DNA of 62,994 nucleotides, the filler included, from Nemertoderma westbladi (taxonomy: Eukaryota > Animalia > Xenacoelomorpha), in the NCBI GenBank assembly GCA_032718475.1. It is 3 parts of 3 records of this genome, joined end to end, with 100 filler letters (N's around TTAATTAATTAA, not from the genome) between each part and the next. Parts side by side here need not be neighbours in the genome. Positions count along the whole stretch, not along the records: positions 1 to 29,532 come from JAUCBJ010000571.1; 2 more parts are not named here. One strand, given 5' to 3'. Position 1 is the first letter of the stretch; every line of letters starts with the position of its first letter. Shown piece after piece: positions 13,001 through 24,018 of the stretch. The position numbers were made by a program, and so were the translations under genes. The notes below the pieces were generated by a model. That model had not been told where the DNA came from and ran no database searches. It worked only from the letters and a program-made list of their open reading frames with translations.

Positions 13001-13306
13001 CGTATACTACCTATAGATCAACTTTTCCAATTCCAGGTCCTCTCACTAATGTACGATATTCATAGTAACCCCTCCCACCCTCTTTCCCACTTGTTCACCA
13101 GGGCTTCTTCAGTGCACTCCTACAACACCCGCTCTGCCTCCGCTGGTCTGTACCACCTGCCACATGTCCGTCTTATTGTCCGTCACCAGTCTGTATCTGT
13201 TCAAGGCCCTTTACTCTGGAACTCCTTGCCACAAAATATCCGTAGCAGCTCCAGTCTGAATATCTTTAAATTAAAACTTAAGAATTACTTGCTCAAAATC
13301 TCTTAA
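10019..13306 (+). CDS. LINE ORF2: PHD finger, AP endonuclease, reverse transcriptase (1095 aa, uninterrupted)
   Basis: N-terminal Cys/His cluster; HLNCRS, SET, GDINID, LIDH and SDH endonuclease motifs; NYRPISLL, QFGFR, DLKKAFD, GIPQGSVLGP and FADD RT motifs. Confidence 0.96.
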   Translation: MSGQRYNPPPDRVDCNCGFCFSKFYHFDLVFLCNLCNTHYHRQCGSFLDAQDFSNNSGNNLIHFCNFCYAGIFPFYPVSNDDLDIFCSENSEDISDSDYKATGNIFSSINPDDNVNSNLIIGNYYNEAKFNNTFTSETTNPSFSVFHLNCRSLNSNFTAVTDFLSTLNNKFDILSFSETFLTKDHPINNICIDGYKNPVCDFREYGKLTRGGTAIYVRSELEMVERPDLHFPGPENSWVEISRPHPSRPLIIGCIYRPDEISYDSFATKLNDSLTKLAATKHDVIITGDINIDLIKSTKPNARDYLNIISSNGFTQTIQQPTRITTHSKTLIDHVITNIHSSICSPGVFLTETGTSDHLATFLVLSNYSTFFRPPETKYVYDYSQFDKTKFLKDLYNKQWTYKTSTVPVSDKDKFDNFYSEFTATCTTNLPRKALNKKSVSKKPWLSNGLLLAIRKKNLLYAKSVKHPTTENHNIFKLYRNKLTSLLRSAEKQYYTSEFTNNSNNMRKTWKTINNLLNRSSKSSVPKRLNISNNGSNYSVTSSSDIANHFNDFFSTIGPKLASKLPTTSRSPTRHIQHSKSNSLVLTETSAVEVHYNLLTLRDSASSNDDFPVHLVKLAAPIIATHLAYLINLSINQGHFPNSIKVSKVIPVYKGGDPFLTTNYRPISLLSVFHKIYESVIYSQLISYLEKFKIISPNQFGFRKKYTTSMAVINIVESLREALDNYDSSCLLLIDLKKAFDTLNFSILLSKVQMYGIRGTPFSLFSDYLTNRRQCVSIDNTISSLRSISCGIPQGSVLGPVLFLLYINDLPNCTSSLATLFADDTTLMRRHRHLTPLIDSMNYDANLLYDWLCDNRLTLNIDKTEYSIFKNSRFQSQSHGLSINSQPIKFTSAFKYLGIIIDNNLTFRNHISYILKKISRTGGLFYKLRHILSPQILRMLFYSLIYPYIYYGLIVWGGTYNTITKPLRTKLNKILRCITFSHHRSSAFPIYQQLRILPIDQLFQFQVLSLMYDIHSNPSHPLSHLFTRASSVHSYNTRSASAGLYHLPHVRLIVRHQSVSVQGPLLWNSLPQNIRSSSSLNIFKLKLKNYLLKIS

Positions 13307-13701
13307 AATTACAAGATACTGCCATAGATTTCATTTCAGATCAGTATTACCAGCCAAACTCGATTTTATATTTTTACAAACCAGTAATAATATATACACT
13401 CACAACAACTGATTTTACATACCATTGCATTTGCCAATTATATTTTAATGTTTGACATACTATTTATGCTGCCACAATTTCAGTCAACAACAGTTACATT
13501 AGGTCTTAGTCATGTGTTCTAAAATATATACAAACACCCCTTTTCCTCCATGGTATGTGGGTGTTCCGAAGCTGAACTAGCGATTTGCTATAGTGGAGGA
13601 CCACCCACACAGTACCCAGCAGATTACAGTCTGCTGTGCAATTACTCATGAATTATTTCGTTTTTATTGAGGAATAAATAAACTCAAACTCAAACTCAAA
13701 C

Positions 13702-16700
13702 AACTCAGCGTTATTCAAACAGACGGAGGAGCTTGCAGTCCTAGCGAAGAAGGCAGTAGAGTCTCAGTCGAGCGACGTGGCGACGAGGATTTACGACAGG
13801 GTTTTAGCAGCCTTGTTGGAGCACCACGCGTTATCGGAGCGATTCCGACGAGTTAGGACGGAGAACTGGCTGCTATGGGCATCACAAGCGCAGGCGGCTC
13901 AGGTGAGTGACGCAGAGTTGAGAGACTTAGTGGAGCGGGAAGAGATCCAAGATAAGGAAGAGCGCCGTTATCAACGGGAAGTTACCAGCTGGCTGATGCA
14001 GAGTGGAGTGGTGGTACTGGGTCAGGTGCTACCGACGACGGAGAACATCCAACAGAGGACGTTGACTCCACCCGACGATGCATCTAGAGACAGTGGCGAT
14101 TCCCAGGTTAGTCACGCGCGAGGGAAAGTTATATGTGCTAGATCCCTTGTTTCTCACAACTCGGCGGAGGAGAGAAGACGCCGACTGGACGAACAACAGG
14201 CGGAAGTTTTGCGTGCCTCGGAAGCACGGAAGGAAGCCGAGCGGGAAAGGGAGCGAACACGTAAGTTAGACGCAAAGTTGCAAGAGTTGGAAGAGAAAGG
14301 TAAGCGTGAACAAGCGGAACGCGAACGCAAGGAACGCGAACTCCAACTTGAACGCGAACAGAAGGAACGCGAACTCCAACTTGAACGCGAACAGAAGGAA
14401 CGCGAACTCCAACTTGAATGCGAACAGAAGGAACACAAACTCGAGATCGAGAAGGAGCGACGGGCGTTGTATGAAGAGAAGGCGCGTGTGGAAGAAGAGA
14501 GCGCAGCGAGACGAGCGAGGGAAGAAGAAGAACGTAAACTGGCGCAGTTAGAAAGTGCGAGATTAAATTTAGAGAGCGAAGAACGGACCAGGAAGGCGAA
14601 TGAAATCGCCGAGAAGGGGATGCGAATGCTCGAAGAATGTGGGGCGAGTGTAGGGACAGAGTTGCGAGAACTGTTCGCACTGCAGAAGGCCGAACAGGAA
14701 GCGATAACTCTGGTGCCTCTGACTATACGCGAGTCGACGACGACCAGAATTCCTATACCCGGTCCAGCTATTACGAGTACACGGATCGCTAAACCGTTCT
14801 CTACATATCGCACACCAGTTGGTATTAGTGCTTCACCTATCGCGCAGGATCCACGTCATCAGAACGCACCACTACATACCGAACGAGACAACGGAGAGTT
14901 TAGAGGAGAAACTCCGACGGGCCGAGTATTAGGCGAACCGAACCCGCGGGTTTGGAATACGCGGACGGAGCGCCGACCCAGTTCGAAGGAGAACTTCCGG
15001 GTTAAACCGGAAGAGGGATCATATGAGAGACAGCGGATTACTCAGATAGAGCCGACTATGCAACAGAATCCTAGCCAGGAATTTATTACGAGGGATGAGT
15101 TAAGTGCTAGTTTAGCGCAAGCTATTTCGCCGCACATCCAACCTATAACGGACATGCTTAGCAACCTACAGTTAAAGGAAGCAACCCAGGTAAGAAGTAA
15201 TTCAAATCCTAGCAGGCCTGAGTTAGATAAAGTCCAGCCTAGTCAACGAGTACATATATCGGAGGAGACTATACCACATAGACCTCAGGTAAGGACGCCT
15301 GTCCCAACTATCTCTAATCCCAATTTCGAAAATTCGGCAGAGAAATTTATTCAGGACGCTTGGGTCAGGGCTTCGACGCGCAAACCATCGCGAGCGCTGA
15401 GGACTGACACTGAATCAAGCGATGAAGAGGAAGACATGAGACGTCAGAAGTCCCGAAACTATAAGGAAAGAAGGACGGACGCGGAGCAGGTAAGTCTTAA
15501 TCCCTGGGAAAGGACCAGACTTAACAACCCTGCAGAACTAAACCATTTGTTAACCCGGAACGACGCAACCCTTAGGGACATAGGTAAGTTTGCTGCTAGG
15601 CAAGGACTGCCGACGCAACAACCCCAGAAGTTTATGGGTAACCATAAACACTGGAGGACATTCAAAACCTATGTCGACGAACAGCTGACCAACAGCACCT
15701 TTACTCCCAACGAGAAATTCAACTATTTGCTTCAGATGCTCCACCGAGAACCTAGAGCCATTGCTGACAACTTCGTCGGCAATGAAAGAGCATTCGAATT
15801 AGCAATGAAGACGCTTAGCGACATCTACGGGAATAAAACCAAGATGGCACAGTCGATAGTGGAAGACTTGGGTAAGGGCGGAAGGATTACAACTCCGTTA
15901 GAGCTGTTGAACTTAGCGAACGCTATTTCAAACGCATTGGACATCTTAAGGACGGTGAATCTACCTCACCATGGTGATCACGCCGAAGTTTTAAAGAGCG
16001 TGATAAGACGTTTAAACATGCGTTACAGACAGAAATGGCGCAAATTAGAGAATAAGTTGGAGGGTCAAGGTAAAGTGTTGACACTTCAGCACATTCATGA
16101 CATGATAGCCACAGACGCAGTAGCAGAGATGAAATCAAACTTCTCAGAGGAGAATATGAGGGAGTCTAAACCTGTTACCGGTAAGTCTATGGTAAGTTTT
16201 GACGATGACAGGACCACTGTGACATTTAACTCAGTAGACAGATATAATTCGAGTACCCCAGCCTTTAGATCAGACTCGCGAGTATGGTCAGGTGAGCGGT
16301 TAGATAGACCTAGGTTAAAGCAACAGGAGTTGCCGGATGGATTTGTAGGTTGCCAATTCTGCTTGCTAAAGGAGGTAAGATCTGACGACCATAAGTTGGA
16401 TAGTTGCAGACGGTTCAAAGAATTAAATTCGGAACAGAGAAGAGTTCAAGTGCGGACGTTGGACACCTGTTGGGCTTGTCTTGCGCCAGGTCATGTACGG
16501 CGGCAGTGTCCGAACAGCAAGGACGGATGCATGGAATGCGGCAGACTACATCACAAGTTGCTACATGCGGATTTCCATACCCCAACGGACCGTTACTTAC
16601 AGCGAAATCCTCAAAGGAAGGGGAGCAAAGAACCCATATCGATAAGAAGGAATACATACACCGGCATTCAGGACGATGGTTACCAACCAGGTTCGTCGGA

Positions 16701-19700
16701 TGAGGATGACGAGTCGAGCGCGAGAGAAGTGACCTGCCAAGGTTTCACCGCGGACAGTTCATCAACCAGCGCACGGACGTATTTATCATCGGCCACGTCG
16801 GAAATATTTAGCGTGATTCCGGTGAAACTTACCGGCGATAAGGGATCAAAGCGAATATACGTGATGTTGGACACTGCGTCCACATTATCATATATAGACG
16901 AGGAAGTGGCGAGAGCCGTTTCTAGCTTCCAGGACGCAGAGGAGATCCAAATAGAGTTGAAGTCTATGCATGGAGTAGGAGACCTCAAGGGACACAGAAT
17001 TTCTGTAGAACTAGATTCCATACTTCCGAGAGACCAACATACTCGACAAGAACGAAAAGCTTTGCCATTGGATGGATTTAAGTGTCTAGCTATGAAGGGG
17101 TTCGGCAGGCAGTTAGGTAAGGTGCCGCCGATGAGTCCCATAGCACAGGAGTATTTTGACAAGCTCAGAGTACCCAGACACCAGGTAGGTTATAGGAATG
17201 TTTCTATGTTGATTGGTGCAGAACAGCTGATCGCACACCAAATATGGGAAACGAGACCAGCTGAACTGTATGTAAATGGACCACATGCCCATAGGACTAT
17301 ATTAGGTTGGTATACACGAGTACCCATGTCTTATGAGTTTACAGGTGGCGACAAGCCAATAGATAGATACGACGGATTACAGCCTATGACTGAACCACCG
17401 TTAGTAGAACCGCCAGACATAGACGAGTTTAGGAGAACCTGTATTGACCATTATAGTGACGTTAGCGAGTCGGACGAGGAGTTGATTCCCGATAATGTTA
17501 GGTTGTCGGAACCACTTCACAACGACCGGACAGATAGTGAACCCGAGGACTACTGTTATCAGACCCGTGGGTCTGGTTCAGCGGCCCACGCTACCTATTT
17601 GAGTAACGTTTTGACTTATACCGACATAGTGGAGGGTCAAGTGGCTAAATATCGAGACCTAGACATTTTCCAATACAGTGAGGAGGAATTGCAGAAGGAA
17701 TTGATACGCCAGGACCTCGAGACAGGAGCCAGAACTGTCGAATGGCTGGATAGGGACGCAATGGAACCCGGTGGATATGACTTAGCCATGTCCACGGACG
17801 AGAAACGGTCGCTGGAGATGATGGAAGATACCATACGTCTGCTACCGACTGGACATTTTGAAGTTGGAATGTTGTGGCGTCGACAACCACCTAAGTTGGA
17901 GAACAACTACAGCTTAGCCTTGAAAAGATTGAACGGAGTAAGGGCTCGGTTGTTAAAGAATCCGGACATTAGGGAGAAGTATTGCACCCAGATCAACAAC
18001 TATTTCGCCAAGGGATTTGCTGGGAAGGTAGAGGACCCTGACTTAGTAACGGACCAGACTTACTATCTCCCACACCACTATGTGTCTCACCCTGACAAAC
18101 CTGACAAAGTCCGAGTAGTCAATGACTGCGCAGCAGTCTATAGAGGTATGTCCCTGAATTCAGAGTTGATGGATGGTCCCAACCTGAACAACTATTTGAT
18201 AGGTATACTGTTACGTTTTAGACAGCGGCGATTCGCATTTACTTGTGACATCGAGGCGATGTTCCACCAGGTAAGAGCCTGTAAGGCAGACCAGGATAGC
18301 CTTCGATTTCTCTGGTTTGAGAATGAAGACTTATCCGGCCCAGTGGTTACATACCAAATGTACATTAGGATATTTGGCGCCCGCGATAGTCCAAACGGCA
18401 CGCTGTTTGTTCTAAAGAAAACGGCAACAGCCCAGATTGGTAAGTACCCAGTAGAGGTTATCGAGTCCATCTTGAGAAACTTCTATATGGACGACGGATT
18501 GGTGTCCAAAGACACAGCGGAACAAGCCATAGAAGTGGCTCACGGCCTGCAAGAGTGCTTGGCTACAGGGGGTTTTCCTCTAACCAAGTTCACTACAAAC
18601 TCGGAGGCCCTATTAGAGTCGTTCCCGGTGAAAGATCGCGGGAGCGGAGACATAGAATTGGGGGTAGAACCAATCCCCATGGCGCGAGTACTGGGACTCG
18701 CTTGAAATCCGAACACGGACAAGTTCCAGGTAAGAGTTAGATTTGAGCCCAGTAGCCCAGACAAAGTTTTGACAAAGAGAATTTGCTTATCGACGTTAAG
18801 TAGACTATTTGACCCGATGAACTTTATCAGTCCGGTAATATTACAGGCACGAGCGTGCATGAGGAAAATTTGGTTATCCGACCTAGAGTGGGACGAACCA
18901 TTATCTCCTATACATGCAAAGCAGTGGAGAGAGTGGGAAGCCGAGTTGCATTTATTGAAAAATATAGATGTGCCCCGATCCTACTTTCCGAATCAGCTGG
19001 TATTTCCAGCTGATCTCGAACTCCACTTGTTCAGTGACGCAAGTGACACCGGCTTTGGTATGGTAGCCTACCTTCGCTGAGAGGTAAGTCAGGACAAGTT
19101 TGAGACGGCCTTTGTGACTTCTAGATCAAAGACAATGCCGGTCAAATACATGACTGTCCCTCGTGCAGAGTTACAGGTGGCAGTAGTTTCAGTCGAGGTA
19201 AGTAAGCAGATAATAGAGGAGTTAGACACGACATTGACCTTATTCTATTGGACGGACGCATCCTTGGTGTTAGTATACATTGCAGCCGACAATATTGCAC
19301 TAAAGACATTTGTGGCCAACAGACGCGCTCAGATTGTCGACTTTTCGACGAAGGAACAATGGAGACATTGTCCGGGAGTGTTGAACCCGGCCGACATAAC
19401 TTCGAGAGGTGCTATGCCGGCGGAATTCTGTCAGGAAGAGTCCCAGGAGTTTTGGTTGCATGGACCTGATTTTCTAACGAGGACACAGGAACATTGGCCA
19501 GAGCGACTGAAGATAGTGACCAATCCGATGCCAGAAGATGCAGAAGTCAAAGTGGAGAAAGTCTCTAAGTCAAAGTCTAAAGCCAAACTCAAGTCATTGG
19601 AGTGGCCTGAAGAGTCATTGGAGCGGCCTGAAGAGTTATTGGAGCGGCCTGGAGACCTGTCAGACCTACAGACTTACGTGACGACTAGGTCTGGAAGGGT

Positions 19701-21457
19701 AAGTTATGACATAAAACCACCCTTACAGACTAGACGACGGTCACAGTTCGTAAGTGACGGACAGAAAATGACCGACACAATGGAGCCTTTGGTTTCCAAA
19801 CCTGCGGGTTTGGATTCGAAACTTCCATTAACTAGCGGACAACCGTCGCTGGCATTAGAGTCATGCAGTATTTATGATAAATTACTAAATTCGTCTGCCT
19901 CTTGGCTGACAATTTGTAAAAGAACTGCGTGGTTAAGCCGATACGTTTCGTACCTTTGTATAAAACATTCGGAACATTTGAGAGAACCATCGAGCACTAA
20001 TAGTGAGCAAATTCGGAAATTGAAACAACCTCTGACAGAGGATGAGATTGATCAAGCGGAATTAAAGCATTTGAAGCATTATCAAACGTGTGCCTTCCCG
20101 AAAGAATTCCATCTATTATCGGCTCAACGACCAGTTCTCTATAAACCCCTTAGAAAATGGAGTCCATTAATCCATAAGGGTTTGATTTGTCATAGATCGA
20201 GAATCCAGACTGTCGACATAAACTCACAGTTTAGGTTCCCATTGATAATCCCTAGTCACCCAATAGATTTGCAAAGAGCGATTCTATGGGATATACACAA
20301 GAGGTTGCATCACGCGGGAAGGTTACACTGTTTGTCGACAGCGAGACAGCGATTCATTCTATTGCAGCCAAGCAGGGCAGTCGGCACTATGTATGACGCC
20401 TGTCTGGTTTGCAAGAGAATGAACGCCAGAGTATTGGAACAGGAGATGGCTGAACTCCCGGAAGCGAGAGTGCAGGCATATGACCCACCTTTTACGAACA
20501 CAGGGGTGGATTGTTTTGGTCCGATTGAGGCAAAGAGTGGACGGCTGACCCACAAGCGATGGGGTCTGCTACTGACATGCATGGCTAGTAGAGCCATACA
20601 TATCGAGCGTGTGGCAGACATGTCGACCAAATCTCTGCTCCTGGCCTTAAAGAGATTTATGGCCAGGAGAGGACTAGTAAAGGCGTTCTACTCTGATAAG
20701 GGTACAAACTTTGTCGGAGGGAATAGCGAATTAGACGCGGCTCACAAAGCAGCACAGAATAAAGAAATTTCTGCAGCACTTTTACCACAAAGAGTTGAAT
20801 GGAGATTCAATACTCCAGAAAGTCCTTGGAGAGGAGGAAGTTGGGAGCGTTTAGTTCGTTCCATAAAACAGGCCATTGCAAAGACGTTGCCTGTAAACAA
20901 ACAACTTACCGACGACGAACTGGTTACAGCTTTCATTGAAATCGAGCATACCCTAAACTCGAGGCCGATAGCTATGTTGCCAGACGGTTGCATTAACGCC
21001 GAATCATTTGCTAATGCAGAGTCCAGCATTTCTTGTGCCGGCATCAGAACCCATTAGTGCCGACATATATAGTCGTAAGAGCTGGAAAATGACACAATTA
21101 GTTGCGTACACATTCTGGGAATATTGGCGGGATTACTATCTTCCCACCATATCCACCAGAACAAAGTGGTACAAAACGGTTCGGAGCCTCCAAAGAGGAG
21201 ATTACGTATTGATAACCGAGCCGATTGTTAAGAGAAAATACTGGGAGACAGGTGTCATCTTGCACACACACCCAGACGTGCAAAACATAGTGCGCACAGT
21301 CACTGTGAAAATTAGGTGCAAGTGTCCGCACCCAAAGAAGTGTAAAACTAATGGTTTACACACCTTGGACCGACCGGTCCAAGATATCGTGTTATTAGAG
21401 GAGACACGCATCGAGACGGGAGATTATAATTTGTCTCCTGCCTCAAAACAAAATTAG
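13702..21457 (+). pseudogene. Element 1 gag-pol remainder (gag, protease, RT, RNase H, integrase), disabled
   Basis: Three Zn knuckles, MLDTAS protease, YLPHH/DIEAMF/YMDD RT, FSDAS RNase H, HHCC + GVDCFGP/SDKGTNF/WERLV integrase. In-frame TGA at 18703 and 19078; frameshift near 20990 (ALTPNHLL continues in another frame). Confidence 0.95.
14330..14432 (+). repeat. 33-bp coding tandem repeat (KERELQLEREQ x3)
   Basis: Visible in both the DNA and the translation. Confidence 0.9.
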
Positions 21458-22155
21458 TGTTGGACGCAACTCACTTTGTATGCATTCCTCGTATGCAAAT
21501 ACTAGGAAATGCATAGGAGCGGGGTTGTGGTGATTTGCGTTGAGAATTTGTCTGGTGGGTATCAAAACAAAAATTTTATTTTCAAAATTTTTGGAAAATT
21601 AAAAATTAAAAAAATTAGAGTGAACCCAAGACAATTCCAAACGTTGTGTATAGACGCGTTTGAATTCGTCTATAGATAAACAGTAATTTGAAAGGTCGTG
21701 AAGCCTGGAAAATAGCATTTAGAAACCATGGTGACGGCTATATTATGTAGGAGTGTAAATTGAGTTTTGCAACTTCCACAGATTGGTGCCAACAGTACAA
21801 CTAGGGTGCTAAAGGTTAGTAGCACCAGGGCGTACACAGAACCCACTCAGTAGTTTGCAGTGAAGTGTGATGTTCGATTATCAAACCTGTGGGTTTGGTA
21901 TAATCGAGCCTTTCTAACTACTGTAGTTTTAGTACGAGTAATGGGAGTAGTTTGGGCATCAAAAAGTGAGTTGGTCACGGCCAGTTTATCTCCAAAGTTT
22001 TTGCGCTATGCATGGGAATAGGTTAGAGGATAGTTAGGAATGAGACGGGATCTAGAGAGTCGAACCTGAACTGCTGGAAGGCGGGGGGGGGGGGGGGAGC
22101 TCAGGAGGTCTGTCCTTCGACGGCATCTAACTGATTTACCCACCGTGTAATTGGT

Positions 22156-22680
22156 TTGCGTAACGAACTATTGGGATATATGTATTTGCGGCACAATGAA
22201 CCGCTACCTGCCGTCCGAGATCAATTCGACGGGATGCATCTTTACTGGAGGACTCGAGGCGAGGACGAGGCGACGCCAAAGGGTTTCAACGTATACAAGT
22301 CGTTCTATAAATGCGGTGAATGCATGAACAAACAAGACGTGGCGATTCCCGACCGACTGGACGAGCAACATCCTGAACCGATATTAACGCGATGTCAAGC
22401 TCACCAGTTCCTTAGATACAACGAGGGAGGTTACCCAATGAGCAACCCGATGATCGGTATCGACTTCAGCGGAAAGCGACCTCCGAGACCCATTACGCCG
22501 ACCGTTACGACTTTAGATCCGTATACGGAGATTAAACCCTGTTCGACACCCAGTTTGATAGAGACGACGGCGGCCATTTCGCTATACCGAGCCTACAAGG
22601 ACCTAGAGGCGCGGCGCGAAGCGATTTATACGATATTTACTCCAAATTATTTCAGGAAGTTTCAACGAACGCGTTATTAA
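22156..22680 (+). CDS. Unknown ORF between pol and the 3' LTR of element 1
   Basis: 174-codon open frame in a GC-richer patch, with CGEC and CQAH motifs. No family recognised. Confidence 0.4.
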   Translation: MRNELLGYMYLRHNEPLPAVRDQFDGMHLYWRTRGEDEATPKGFNVYKSFYKCGECMNKQDVAIPDRLDEQHPEPILTRCQAHQFLRYNEGGYPMSNPMIGIDFSGKRPPRPITPTVTTLDPYTEIKPCSTPSLIETTAAISLYRAYKDLEARREAIYTIFTPNYFRKFQRTRY

Positions 22681-23719
22681 GCCCGAATATGTCCAATCCT
22701 TTATATATCATCGTCGCTCTGATATATACGTCTAGATTTATTACCCAGCGCACAATTGGCGGCCTAAGGAGACTCGTTTGGGGTCATTGACCTCTGAACG
22801 AGTGGAGGATCAGGACCGCCGCGCCCACAGCGACAACAGCCGGAGCTCACAGCTCGCGGCAAGTGCCAGAAGGAGGAGTCCTTGGCAAGCGTCAAGCCAA
22901 GGACGAGCAGTTCCTACAATTGAAGAAGGAGGAGTTGGCGGAGGCGCCTACAGGGACACGGCAAATGGGACGAGGCCGAGGGAGGAGCACCAGTCGGGAG
23001 ATAGTCGGTGCCCAGGGAACGTCGTCGCCGGTTCCGGGAATTGACGCCTCAAGGACGCCGTCAACAGAGTCTACAGGGGGTAGACTGGTGTATCTGGAGA
23101 GGGGAGCGAGCCCAAGAGACCCAGGAGCTAGCCGATGAGACTATAATATCACGGAGCGACAGACTCTTAGACATATACATCATCGTTGCTCTGATGTATA
23201 TCGTAGGTTTTGATCAATCATTAGACTGGACTCATATACACTAGTCGTATCCATATTTTAGAATTTTATTTTCGAAGGCCGAAAAATATTGAAAGGAAAT
23301 ACTTTTCTTTATAGTCCGTTGGAAATATGATTTTGAGCCTATACTATATTTGATTTTGTGTATATGACTTTATTTGCTCTAAAGTTTATTGAAAGAGGCA
23401 AAGGAAGTGATTGGGGAGACAAACCCGCGGGTTTGGCTTACTCCTTTCACTTATCTGAGTAATCATCAAACCAAGATTATTTGCGTTTTATAAGAAATTA
23501 AGTAAAGTCCGAAAATGAAAGAAATTATTACGTATTTTATATTTAGTTTGATTATCGGCCTTTAATGCAATTTAGTTAAAAATTTAGCTTCAAATACGTT
23601 TATATTTAGTTTATTTTGTTAATGTTGATCGTTAATTTGAGATGGGAAATGGGGGACATTGTCCTAGCCATGTTCCATTTCAATAGGTAGACCGTCAATT
23701 TGTAAATAAATAAATGAAA

Positions 23720-23875
23720 GTAATATATTTTGTAAATTTAATTTTGTATGTAATAATCATTATGCAGTGAGAGAGATAATATTTTGTAAATTTAATTTCT
23801 ATGTAGTAATCGTTAAACAGTGAGAGAGATAATATTTTTGTAAATTTAATTTGTATGTAAACCCATTATGCAATA
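23720..23875 (+). repeat. ~55-60-bp tandem repeat (about 3 copies) in the element 1 3' UTR
   Basis: Recurring TAATATTTTGTAAATTTAATT...CAGTGAGAGAGA. Confidence 0.75.
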
Positions 23876-24018
23876 TCTATGGCAATATTTGTAAATAGTA
23901 GAATTTATAGTACCAAGTTATTTCGATTATTTGAAAGAAATTTTATTTTGTTTTGTATACATCACCTTATACTCTTCTACAGTTGGAGGGAAACATTGTA
24001 TGATTTCCCTTGGAGCGG

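Larger units (their letters stand above)
8494..13701 (+). mobile_element. Apparently full-length CR1-group (L2/Crack-like) LINE
   Basis: 5' UTR, ORF1, ORF2 and a 3' UTR with AATAAA and an (AAACTC)n tail. Boundaries are defined by restoring the gag frame. Confidence 0.93.

Noticed and set aside
14078-14813. Antisense/alternate ORFs over BEL gag and short ORFs inside the LTRs
   Set aside because: By-products of low-complexity coding repeats and LTR tandem repeats, with no recognisable motifs.
18703-19080. TGA-to-Trp recoding or programmed readthrough in BEL pol
   Set aside because: The first TGA is at a conserved Trp, but the second could be CGA decay. The same gene has a frameshift and a LINE insertion, and host genes have no internal TGA, so ordinary decay explains it.
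22156-23244. env gene of element 1
   Set aside because: Too short, with no signal peptide, furin site plus fusion peptide, or convincing transmembrane anchor.
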